A DNA stretch of 64,000 bases. Origin: Planctomycetota bacterium. GTDB taxonomy: Bacteria; Planctomycetota; Phycisphaerae; Sedimentisphaerales; CAYZTY01. The stretch lies in NCBI GenBank assembly GCA_043816955.1, contig JBDRHL010000221.1, positions 590 through 64,589 on the forward strand, in the 5' to 3' direction. The notes below the pieces were generated by a model. The model saw only the letters and a program-made list of their open reading frames with translations. It ran no database searches and was not told the DNA's origin. Made by a program: the position numbers and the translations under genes. Of the stretch, positions 55,490-64,000 are shown piece after piece; within the stretch, counting starts at the first letter, position 1; the number at the start of each line of letters is the position of its first letter.

Positions 55490-58400
55490 TTACACCGGCA
55501 TACTGCCGCCAAGACGCTTCTTCTCAAGCTGGATATTCAATCCAAGACCACGTATCTCATTGCACAGAACATCAAAAGATATCGGTGTGCCCGCCTCCAG
55601 GGTATTCTCACCTTTCACCATCGACTCGTAAATCTTCGTACGACCTTCCACATCGTCACTCTTGACCGTCAGAAGTTCCTGAAGAGTATACGCTGCTCCA
55701 TAACCTTCCAATGCCCACACCTCCATCTCGCCGAATCGCTGCCCGCCCGTCCGCGCCTTGCCCCCAAGAGGCTGCTGGGTGATTAGACTGTAAGGACCCG
55801 TCGCACGCGCGTGAATCTTGTCATCTACAAGGTGATGCAGCTTCATCATGTAAATATAACCAACCGTACCCTTCTGGCTGAACGCCTCGCCGGTTCTACC
55901 GTCGTATAACTGAGTCTTTAAGCTCGGCGGAATATTTACAAACAACTCATCCGGAGCCGGCGGCTCAATAACTTCCTTCTGGCTGAACGCCTCACCTGTT
56001 CTGCCGTCATATAACTGAGTCTTTAAGCTCGGCGGAATATTTACAAACAACTCATCCGGAGGCGGCAGCTCAACTGCTTTCTCTTTCATTAGGATATCTC
56101 TAACCTTTTTACGTAAATTATCATTTGGTGGCATTGTCTTCTGGTTATTATCATAATAATGGCTTTTCATTCGTCCATAAAGACCTTCCCCACTCCTCTC
56201 ACCAGCGATGCCAACATAAATGATCTTTTCATTTTGTTGTTCCCGAAAAATATAAACGCCGGGCTTCTTAAAATCTTCACGGTATTCCTTAGCAGCATCT
56301 TCAGGTTTAATATAAAATTTGCGTTTTTCTAATGCTTTCTCAAAAATAGAATAGAAAGGAGAAACTTTTTTAGCTTCTTTCTCCCAATCATCAATATTTT
56401 TATATTTTTTCGGTTTTTCATCATTTAGATCAGGTGTAAACTTAAGAATAAGACCATCTTCAACATGCAACAATATCCCCTTCAAATCTGTATCGTTGCT
56501 TCTTCGCCTCCCTTTATCCAAAACTTTCTCCAATTTGTCCCAAAGGTCTTTTTCTTTTGATCCGTCCTCCGACAGTTGCACAGGAATGCAAGAAAATTCC
56601 CAATTCTTTGACATATAGTTTGAAATATCATCTTGCGAAATCTCCCATTTATACATTGCCACTCGTCTTTTCATATGCTCATTTGCTTCGGCAGTCAGCT
56701 TTTTGATATCATCTTCTGTCGCACCGTCAAAATCTGATTTCTTGCTCTCCTCAGTCACATAACCAAACTTCAATGATTTTTCAATATCTTCTTTCCTGTT
56801 ACAAAAATCATCCATCCAACTATTCAACAAGTTAGAATCCGTTCCTTTACCTTCTGTACCATAGTTGCCATCTAATCCGAAATGATATCCTAGTCTTATT
56901 CGAAGACCTTGAGCACTTGGATTTTTAGCCTTTTCCTCACCTGACAAGCCGATATATCCTTCATTAATTTTACCATTAACTGGTCGGAAAAAGTAAATTC
57001 CTTGTGGTCCTTTGTCTTCTTTTCCACCTAAATCCTTCTGAGTCTTCACATATTTGCGATACTCCTCAAGATTATCACGTCTAATCCATCCCGAACTCTC
57101 GATTTCATTCACGCAACGTGTAAAAAGATTGTCCAATTTTTCACTAGAACGAAAGATTTCGTCCAGTTTTGCTACAATTTTCGTCTTCTCTGCCTTATTA
57201 AATCGAGGAATATCCTTCCCAGAATCGGGATATGTATGTGTAAGTTTTTCTTCAAGGGCCTGAAGTTCTTGCTCGCTTAAATATTTACCATCTTCGTCTG
57301 TGCGCACGTACTTAAATTCCATACCCGGGAAATTAACTTCAAATCCCCGAACCCCCTCAATATATATTTTGCGAAGCCATTTATAATTCTCCTCTTTGTC
57401 TTTGAATTCTTTATTTAAAAATTCCCACCGCGCTTCCCCCCTATTTTCAAGCGAAGAAGACTTAGACAAAAGTTCCTTAATAAACGCAACCTTATCTTCC
57501 TCAAGATAAGAGCTCTCTGATTTCTTGCTCTCCTCAGTCACATAACCAAACTTCAAAGACCGAGTTTTCATATGCTCATTCGCTTCGGCAGTCAGCTTTT
57601 TGATATCATCTTCTGTAGCCCCGTCAAAAACCGATGTCATCGCACTGAAGCCAAGAACCTTCGCCGCCCACCCAAGATGTGTCTCAAGAATCTGACCAAC
57701 GTTCATACGGCTCGGCACACCAAGAGGATTCAGCAATATATCCACGCTCGTCCCGTCTTCCAGGAACGGCATGTCTTCTTCAGGCATTATACGGGCAATC
57801 ACCCCCTTGTTCCCGTGACGGCCCGCCATCTTGTCACCTATCGACAACTGACGTTTCGTCGCAACATAAATCTTCACCATCTCAAGAACACCGCTCGGCA
57901 GTTCATCACCATGTTTCATCCGTTCCAGCTTACGGCCCTTTTCTTCCTGAATTTCACGAAGTTTCACCCAGTATTTATCAACTATCTTCTGGACGTCCTC
58001 GCGCGCCGAGGCAGGCTTCACCCACGATATGTCAAAATTCTCAATCTGCTCATAAATTACGTCTTCATCCTCGCTCGCGCCAACCTTCTGACGCGTCGAC
58101 GGATCCACCACGTTCACCTCGAATTTCTCGCTTATCACATCCATCATCTGCTGGAATATCCCGATCTCACGGCCCTTCATCTCCTTCTCGTAGCTCTTCA
58201 TCTCAACCTTTAGCTTCTGCTGCTGCTCTTCACTGCCTGCCCCGCGACGCGTAAATCGCTTCGTCTTGATGACAAAACCTTCGTATCCGCTTGGAATCTC
58301 AAGAGAATCATTCTTCACATCCTCTCCCGCCCGGCCAAAAATCGCGTGCAAAAGCTTCTCTTCCGGCGTAAGTTCCGTCTTGCTCTTCGGAGATACCTTG

Positions 58401-60817
58401 CCGACCAGAATATCACCCGCGCTAACACGCGTCCCCTCCCGGACAATGCCGCTCTCATCAAGGTTGCGCAGCATCTTCTCGCTTACATTCGGTATATCCC
58501 GCGTAAACTCCTCACGGCCCAGCTTCGTCTCACGAATTTCAACTGTAAACTCATCGATATGAATGCTCGTAAACGCGTCGTTACGAACAAGCTTCTCATT
58601 CATCAGTATGGCATCCTCGAAGTTGTACCCGTCAAACGGAACAAACGCCACAAGAACATTCTTGCCGAGAGCAAGCACCCCTTCAGCCGTGCCACCGCCG
58701 TCTGCTATAATCTGACCCTTCTTTACCTTCTCCCCAGGCTTCACCACAGGATGCTGATTCAGACACGTACGCTCATTCAAACCAACAAATTTCTCCAGAA
58801 CATACTCGTCTGTCCCGTTGATTACAATATGAGCTGCGTCAACTTCCGTAATTACTCCCGCATTCTCCGCTCGAACAACCATGCTCGAATTCTGCGCAAT
58901 ATGCTTCTCCATCCCCGTACCCACTAGCGGAGCTTCTGTCTTCAAAAGCGGAACTGCCTGACGCTGCATGTTGGAGCCCATCAATGCGCGGTTCGCATCA
59001 TCATGCTCAAGAAACGGAATCAATGATGCTGAAATTCCGACTATCTGCTTCGGAGATATATCGACATACTCTATCTCACTGCTGTCAACCTGCGCAAGGT
59101 CCGCCTGCTTCCGCGCAAGAACCAGCCCTTCCACAAGCTTACCCGTCTTGCTGTCAACCACACTCGGCGGTGCAAATACCGCATGCATCTCCTCATCCGC
59201 GCGAAGATACGCAACTTCATCGCTGACCTTGCCGTTCTTAACCTTCCGGTAAGGCGTAATCAGAAAACCATATTCATCAATTGACGCAAAAATACCAAGC
59301 GATGCGATCAACCCGATGTTCGTTCCTTCCGGCGTCTCTATCGGGCATATCCTGCCGTAATGGCTGATATGAACGTCACGAACCTCAAACCCCGCACGTT
59401 TGCGGTTCAGTCCGCCAGGCCCAAGCGCCGACAGCCGACGCTCATGAGTCAACTGACTCAAAGCATTCGTCTGGTCAACCACCTGACTCAGCTCGCCTCG
59501 CCCGAAGAAATATTCAATACTGCTTGAAACACTCTTGGAATTCACAAGGTCCGCTATGCGAACAAGCTGCTCCGGATCCTTCATACTCATACGTTCCTGA
59601 ACCATCCGCCTCAGCTTCAAAAGACCCTTGCGAATCTCATCCGCCGCCAGCTCGTCTATCGTACGAAGACGCCTGTTGCCAAGGTGGTCAATATCGTCAA
59701 CCTCACCCTGATTGTCCCGAAGCCCGACAATATACCTCAGCGTATTCAGAAAGTCCTCCGGACGCAGCGTCATCTCATCTTCACTTACCTCCTGCCCGAA
59801 CTTCCGGTTTACTCGGAAACGCCCGACCTTGCCTAGCCGATACCTGTTGGCGTCATAGAATTTCTCCTCGAACAGCGTCTTGGCCTTATCAATATTCGGA
59901 GGATTACCAGGCCGAAGCCTTGAATATATCTTCAGTAGCGCATCCTCGCGATTCTCACAGCCGTCCTGAGAAAGAGTATTCAGAATCAACACATCCTCGA
60001 CATCTTCGATCACTTCCACACTCTTCAGGCTGCTCGACTCAATCTGATGTGCTTTCTCACCGATCTGGCTGCCTGCTTCAACAAGAATCTCCCCCGTCTC
60101 AGTGTCCACGATCGGACCAACCGCCCACATCGTCGGATCAAGGTTCCGGACCGCTGCTGTTTTCGTCTTGTAAAACAGCCGGATTATCTGCTCGGTTGTG
60201 CTGAAAGCATCATCCATCGCACGAAGAAATACCGTCGCGAATATCTTGCTCGACTGGTCTATTCGAACAACTATATCGTCTTTCTTCGTCACCCCTATCT
60301 CTATCCAGCTGCCGCGCTCCGGAATAACACGACCGCCGTGAAGAATCCGGTCGCCTTCCTTGCTCTCTATCATGAAATCTACGCCCGGACTCCGGTGAAG
60401 TTGATTCACTATGACACGCTCCGCACCGTTGATGATAAACTCACCTCCACCGATCATCACCGGTATCTCACCAAGATATATCCACTGCTCCCCAATGTCG
60501 TCGCCTTCTTGACGCTTAAGCCGGCAGCATATCTTCAGCGGATAGCCATAGGTCAAATGAAGCTCTCGGCACTCATGGACACTGTAACGAGGCTTTTCCA
60601 GCTCATAGCCGATATATTCAAGAACCATGCTCTTGTCATAGCTCTGTATCGGAAACACCTCTCGCATCAAAGCCTCAAGACCGGAGTTCTTGCGCTTCTG
60701 ATAGGAAACGCGAGGCTGAAGAAAACGCTCGTAGCTGTCTCGTTGTATCCGGATCAAATCCGGTATCTCAATCGCATCACCCAACTTACTGAAGTCTCGA
60801 ATCGGTCTGGAACTCAT
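55490..60817 (-). CDS. rpoB: RNA polymerase beta subunit with a large in-frame insertion
   Basis: [36 protein letters not shown] and GGQRFGEME; 1775 aa with no stop. Confidence 0.98.
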   Translation of the reverse strand: MSSRPIRDFSKLGDAIEIPDLIRIQRDSYERFLQPRVSYQKRKNSGLEALMREVFPIQSYDKSMVLEYIGYELEKPRYSVHECRELHLTYGYPLKICCRLKRQEGDDIGEQWIYLGEIPVMIGGGEFIINGAERVIVNQLHRSPGVDFMIESKEGDRILHGGRVIPERGSWIEIGVTKKDDIVVRIDQSSKIFATVFLRAMDDAFSTTEQIIRLFYKTKTAAVRNLDPTMWAVGPIVDTETGEILVEAGSQIGEKAHQIESSSLKSVEVIEDVEDVLILNTLSQDGCENREDALLKIYSRLRPGNPPNIDKAKTLFEEKFYDANRYRLGKVGRFRVNRKFGQEVSEDEMTLRPEDFLNTLRYIVGLRDNQGEVDDIDHLGNRRLRTIDELAADEIRKGLLKLRRMVQERMSMKDPEQLVRIADLVNSKSVSSSIEYFFGRGELSQVVDQTNALSQLTHERRLSALGPGGLNRKRAGFEVRDVHISHYGRICPIETPEGTNIGLIASLGIFASIDEYGFLITPYRKVKNGKVSDEVAYLRADEEMHAVFAPPSVVDSKTGKLVEGLVLARKQADLAQVDSSEIEYVDISPKQIVGISASLIPFLEHDDANRALMGSNMQRQAVPLLKTEAPLVGTGMEKHIAQNSSMVVRAENAGVITEVDAAHIVINGTDEYVLEKFVGLNERTCLNQHPVVKPGEKVKKGQIIADGGGTAEGVLALGKNVLVAFVPFDGYNFEDAILMNEKLVRNDAFTSIHIDEFTVEIRETKLGREEFTRDIPNVSEKMLRNLDESGIVREGTRVSAGDILVGKVSPKSKTELTPEEKLLHAIFGRAGEDVKNDSLEIPSGYEGFVIKTKRFTRRGAGSEEQQQKLKVEMKSYEKEMKGREIGIFQQMMDVISEKFEVNVVDPSTRQKVGASEDEDVIYEQIENFDISWVKPASAREDVQKIVDKYWVKLREIQEEKGRKLERMKHGDELPSGVLEMVKIYVATKRQLSIGDKMAGRHGNKGVIARIMPEEDMPFLEDGTSVDILLNPLGVPSRMNVGQILETHLGWAAKVLGFSAMTSVFDGATEDDIKKLTAEANEHMKTRSLKFGYVTEESKKSESSYLEEDKVAFIKELLSKSSSLENRGEARWEFLNKEFKDKEENYKWLRKIYIEGVRGFEVNFPGMEFKYVRTDEDGKYLSEQELQALEEKLTHTYPDSGKDIPRFNKAEKTKIVAKLDEIFRSSEKLDNLFTRCVNEIESSGWIRRDNLEEYRKYVKTQKDLGGKEDKGPQGIYFFRPVNGKINEGYIGLSGEEKAKNPSAQGLRIRLGYHFGLDGNYGTEGKGTDSNLLNSWMDDFCNRKEDIEKSLKFGYVTEESKKSDFDGATEDDIKKLTAEANEHMKRRVAMYKWEISQDDISNYMSKNWEFSCIPVQLSEDGSKEKDLWDKLEKVLDKGRRRSNDTDLKGILLHVEDGLILKFTPDLNDEKPKKYKNIDDWEKEAKKVSPFYSIFEKALEKRKFYIKPEDAAKEYREDFKKPGVYIFREQQNEKIIYVGIAGERSGEGLYGRMKSHYYDNNQKTMPPNDNLRKKVRDILMKEKAVELPPPDELFVNIPPSLKTQLYDGRTGEAFSQKEVIEPPAPDELFVNIPPSLKTQLYDGRTGEAFSQKGTVGYIYMMKLHHLVDDKIHARATGPYSLITQQPLGGKARTGGQRFGEMEVWALEGYGAAYTLQELLTVKSDDVEGRTKIYESMVKGENTLEAGTPISFDVLCNEIRGLGLNIQLEKKRLGGSMPV
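55870..56061 (-). repeat. 87-bp tandem duplication in rpoB ([28 protein letters not shown] x2)
   Basis: Copies at 55870-55956 and 55975-56061; 4 mismatches, all synonymous. Confidence 0.95.
56062..57556 (-). mobile_element. Putative selfish GIY-YIG endonuclease insert, in frame within rpoB
   Basis: [14 protein letters not shown] (56948-57001) and [14 protein letters not shown] (56210-56260). E..L...P.[FL]N halves at ~57197-57268 and ~56423-56473. AT-rich and flanked by direct repeats. Confidence 0.7.
56668..57629 (-). repeat. Two pairs of direct repeats in swapped order in rpoB
   Basis: 65-bp R1 at 57565-57629 and 56668-56732 (3 synonymous mismatches). 41-bp R2 at 57516-57556 and 56733-56773 (identical). 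Confidence 0.95.
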
Positions 60818-60920
60818 CAGATCACTCTCCAGCTATAGATAACGATTCCCCCACGTTTATATCTTCGCTGCTTCCAATTTCTCACAAATTCAAAACAGAA
60901 CACCAACCTCAACAATTCTG

Positions 60921-61349
60921 CTATACAACCTCAGCCGTCGCGCCAGCCGCCTCCAGCTGCTGCTTGATCGTTTCAGCTTCCTCCTTGCTTACTCCCTCCT
61001 TCACTGCCTTCGGCGAACTGTCAACAAGGTCTTTCGCTTCTTTCAGACCAAGACCTGTAATCGCCCGAACTTCCTTGATCACCTGGATCTTCTTGTCTCC
61101 TATTGCCTTCAGGATAACGTTGAAGCTCGTCTGTTCAACCTCAGTTTCACCTTCTCCACCGCCGCTCGCCGGACCTGCCGCCATCACCGCACCGCCAGCC
61201 GCAGGTTCTATACCGTATTCATCCTTCAGATAATCCCCTAGCTCCTTGGCCTGCATTAACGTCAAACCAACGATCTTGTCACCGATCTCCTTAATCTCGG
61301 CACTCCAGCTTTTACGTTCCTGGCTCGCAACTGATTGCTCTTCTGACAT
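60921..61349 (-). CDS. rplL: 50S ribosomal protein L7/L12
   Basis: [24 protein letters not shown]. Confidence 0.98.
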   Translation of the reverse strand: MSEEQSVASQERKSWSAEIKEIGDKIVGLTLMQAKELGDYLKDEYGIEPAAGGAVMAAGPASGGGEGETEVEQTSFNVILKAIGDKKIQVIKEVRAITGLGLKEAKDLVDSSPKAVKEGVSKEEAETIKQQLEAAGATAEVV

Positions 61350-61488
61350 TATATCTGCTCCTGTATCTTTCTTCGCTTCCCGGTAGCCGGAACTACGCCG
61401 TTCCGTTTTAACCCTTTAACGGGGCAGCCGCAAAGCTCTTGTTAAATATTCAAAAAAACTGTCCTGCTATCCGGCCACAGATCAAATC

Positions 61489-62019
61489 TCATGCTGCCTC
61501 TTTGGCCTTACCCTTATCTATAATCGTCTTGATGCAACCTGCAATAATACCAGCAGGACCCATTATCGCACCGCACACCCGCTTGCCCGGACTATTTGCA
61601 AGAATCACTATCCTGCCCTGAAGTTCAACCCTGCTCGGCATCTTGGACAATTCAACCGCGCCATTGGCGTCAAGCACCGCCCCCTCAAGGTACGCGCCCT
61701 TCAGTTCAACCGCCTTCAATCGCTTGCTCCAGGCCGCCATCTCCTTCGCTATGTCTACAACGCTGTCACCTCCGTAAGCCACCGAACAAGGCCCGCTCAA
61801 CAGAGAACACGCACCTGCCATACCCAGACTCCCGAACGCCTTCTTCGCAAGCGAATTCTTCAACATCAAAAGCCGGATGTTCTTTTTCTTCAGCTCTCCG
61901 CGCATCTGGTTGTTCTCGTTGCCCGTTACACCTTTCGTGCTCACAACCACAAAGTCACTTACCCCTTTCAGACGTCCTGCTATCTCATCTTCCAGAAGTT
62001 TCTTCACATATCTGCTCAT
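61489..62019 (-). CDS. rplJ: 50S ribosomal protein L10
   Basis: KNSLAKKAF and LSKMPSR; lies between rplA and rplL. Confidence 0.93.
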   Translation of the reverse strand: MSRYVKKLLEDEIAGRLKGVSDFVVVSTKGVTGNENNQMRGELKKKNIRLLMLKNSLAKKAFGSLGMAGACSLLSGPCSVAYGGDSVVDIAKEMAAWSKRLKAVELKGAYLEGAVLDANGAVELSKMPSRVELQGRIVILANSPGKRVCGAIMGPAGIIAGCIKTIIDKGKAKEAA

Positions 62020-62064
62020 ATTACCACCTGATAATTCAGTCCAGAAAAATCAAAACAATCCACC

Positions 62065-62745
62065 TTAAGACACTGCCACCGCTACACCAGGACTCATCGT
62101 CGTGCTTAAAACCACATTCTTCAGATATGTCCCTTTTGAAGATACAGGACGTATCCGTTTGATATGATTCAAAAACGCTTCTGTATTCTCAACTAGCTGT
62201 TTCTCATCGAAACTATGCTTGCCCACAACAACATGTACGTTACCGCCGGCATCGTTGCGAAACTCGATCTTACCCGCGGTAAATTCCCGAACCGCTGTAA
62301 CAACATCGCCCGTAACAGTGCCGTTCTTCGGCGATGGCATCTTGCCCTGTGGACCAAGAATACGACCCAGCTTGCCCACCTTACCCATCACCTTCGTAGA
62401 GGCAACTGCAACATCAAAATCCATCCAGCCGCCATTCACCTTCGAAATCAGTTCATCTACTCCTGCCTCAATAGCTCCTGCCTTTTTCGCCGCCTCTGCT
62501 TCACTCTCCTCGCAAAATGCAATCACTCTCTTCTGCTTGCCGATCCCGTGGGGAAGACTGAGCGAACCGCGAACCAGTTGCTCCGCCTGCCGGGGATCGA
62601 TACCCAGATGTACTACACATTCAACACTCTGATCAAACTTCGTCGGCGAAAACAACTTAATCTGCTTGACTGCCTCAGCAAGAGATACCGTCTCACGTTT
62701 CAAGCCTTCCAATTCCTTCCTGTAACGTTTGCTCCTGTGTCTCAT
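62065..62745 (-). CDS. rplA: 50S ribosomal protein L1
   Basis: LPHGIGK, LGRILGPQGKMPSPK and STTMSPG. Confidence 0.98.
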   Translation of the reverse strand: MRHRSKRYRKELEGLKRETVSLAEAVKQIKLFSPTKFDQSVECVVHLGIDPRQAEQLVRGSLSLPHGIGKQKRVIAFCEESEAEAAKKAGAIEAGVDELISKVNGGWMDFDVAVASTKVMGKVGKLGRILGPQGKMPSPKNGTVTGDVVTAVREFTAGKIEFRNDAGGNVHVVVGKHSFDEKQLVENTEAFLNHIKRIRPVSSKGTYLKNVVLSTTMSPGVAVAVS

Positions 62746-62854
62746 CCAAAAACCTCGCGAATTAATTAAAATCTATCGCTCCCACTCTATGCCGTGGTCA
62801 GCATAAAATTACCTTACACCAGACCGGCAAGGCCGTCGCTTTTTTCCTCCGCTT

Positions 62855-63280
62855 TTACCCTTCTATCTCGACTCCCATGCTCCGGGCCGTCCCCTCGATT
62901 ATCCTCTCCGCCTGCTCGATATCGTATGCGTTAAGATCCTCAAACTTCGTCTGAGCTATCTTGCGAATCTGTTCACGGGTTACCTTGCCCGCCTTGTCCT
63001 TATTCGGAACCCCGCTGCCCTTGGCTATCTGAGCCGCCTCCTTCAAAAGAACTGCTGCAGGCGGACTTTTAACCTCGAAACTAAAGCTCTTATCGCCGTA
63101 CACACTTATCACCACGGGAACTATCATACCGTTCAGTTCTTTCGTACGCTCATTGAACTGAGATACAAACTGCCCGATATTCACCCCGTGTTGACCTAAC
63201 GCAGGCCCGATCGGTGGAGCAGGCGTCGCCTGGCCGCCGGGAGCCTGAAGTTTTATCTGCTTAACAACCTCTTTTGCCAT
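62855..63280 (-). CDS. rplK: 50S ribosomal protein L11
   Basis: [15 protein letters not shown] and GTARSMG. Confidence 0.98.
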   Translation of the reverse strand: MAKEVVKQIKLQAPGGQATPAPPIGPALGQHGVNIGQFVSQFNERTKELNGMIVPVVISVYGDKSFSFEVKSPPAAVLLKEAAQIAKGSGVPNKDKAGKVTREQIRKIAQTKFEDLNAYDIEQAERIIEGTARSMGVEIEG

Positions 63281-63306
63281 TCGTTTTCCTTGCTTTCCCG
63301 CAAAAA

Positions 63307-63849
63307 TCAAATCTTCTCAATCTGCCAGTACTCGATATCCAGCGGTGTGCTCCGGCCGAATATTGTCACTATCACACGAACGAAACCACGCTCACTGTCG
63401 ATCGAATCAACAACGCCTTCGAAATTCTCGAACGCTCCTTCACGAATCTTCACCATATCGTCCTTCGCGAATTCCACCTTGATACTCGGCACATCAGCCG
63501 GCTTTTCCGCCTCAAGAAGCATCTTGGCAACATCAGTGTCACGCATCGGCGTTGGAATGCCCTCCGTCCCGATAAAGTCTCCCACTCCTCCCGTCTCTTT
63601 AATCATAAACCACGCCTGCTCCGGAATCCGGCCGTCCTCCTTCGCCTCCATCTCCATAAAAACATAACCAGGGTAGAGCTTGCGCTTGTGAACCTTCTGC
63701 TTGCCGCCGCGAATTCGCTTCACCTGCTCTGAAGGTACAACTATACGCCTTACTATATCCTCAAGATGCTCAATCTGAACCTTCCGCTTCAGAGCCTCCA
63801 TAACATGTTCTTCCTTATTCGATGCAACTCGCAACACGTACCACCGCAT
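63307..63849 (-). CDS. nusG: Transcription termination/antitermination factor NusG
   Basis: WYVL, YPGYVF and VTIFGRSTP. Confidence 0.97.
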   Translation of the reverse strand: MRWYVLRVASNKEEHVMEALKRKVQIEHLEDIVRRIVVPSEQVKRIRGGKQKVHKRKLYPGYVFMEMEAKEDGRIPEQAWFMIKETGGVGDFIGTEGIPTPMRDTDVAKMLLEAEKPADVPSIKVEFAKDDMVKIREGAFENFEGVVDSIDSERGFVRVIVTIFGRSTPLDIEYWQIEKI

Positions 63850-63882
63850 AGCAAACCCTCTGCTTAACTGTAACGCTAAGCA

Positions 63883-64000
63883 CTAACCGCCCAGGCCGAT
63901 AGACCGGAAAAACAACTCGAAAAATATATCCGTCGCGCCCATCAGGCACGCCATAAAAATCACAACAAAAATTACAATCGTCGTCGATACCGCTATCTCC
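63883..64000 (-). CDS. secE: Preprotein translocase SecE, 3' end only
   Basis: Hand translation EIAVSTTIVIFVVIFMACLMGATDIFFELFFRSIGLGG*; directly upstream of nusG. Confidence 0.85.
   Translation of the reverse strand, partial: EIAVSTTIVIFVVIFMACLMGATDIFFELFFRSIGLGG

Noticed and set aside
56062-57556. Intein or self-splicing intron as the explanation for the rpoB insert
   Set aside because: No Hint-domain blocks (N-terminal C/S with block B TxxH, C-terminal HN followed by C/S/T) are visible. The region is fully coding, and flanking duplications are not produced by intein or intron homing. It is not formally excluded without HMM/CM searches.
62746-62854. Possible L1-binding mRNA structure between rplK and rplA (GACCAC...GTGGGAG on the - strand)
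   Set aside because: The elements are in the opposite order to the canonical site and the outer helix is weak; cannot be supported by eye.

Overview
The window has two parts and probably comes from a planctomycete (Phycisphaerae/Sedimentisphaerales-like; inferred from gene order, a dockerin-like tail and RpoB/RpoC style). Bases 1-31063 are a + strand, more AT-rich accessory region for glycan or modified-sugar use. It holds four paralogs of an uncharacterised PFDG/DxExY TIM-barrel-like family, a GH36-like glycosidase, an SSS transporter, MlrC-like, DegT-like and DapA-like enzymes, a split transketolase, isomerases, two URO-D-like proteins and a DUF4838-like protein. An intact IS701-like element and an internally deleted relative interrupt it, and it ends next to the 3' end of tRNA-fMet. 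Bases 31281-64000 are the - strand core cluster from secE-nusG-rplKAJL-rpoBC through str, S10, spc and alpha. The standout is rpoB (1775 aa), which carries about 500 extra residues in frame. This AT-rich insert has two GIY-YIG endonuclease modules, each with the C-terminal half before the N-terminal half. It is bracketed by three pairs of direct repeats; two pairs copy core rpoB sequence and differ only at synonymous positions. No intein motifs are visible. It is a candidate splicing-independent homing or selfish element living inside RNA polymerase. A second oddity is an XRE-type HTH fused to ribosomal protein L22. All calls come from reading motifs by eye; no searches were run.
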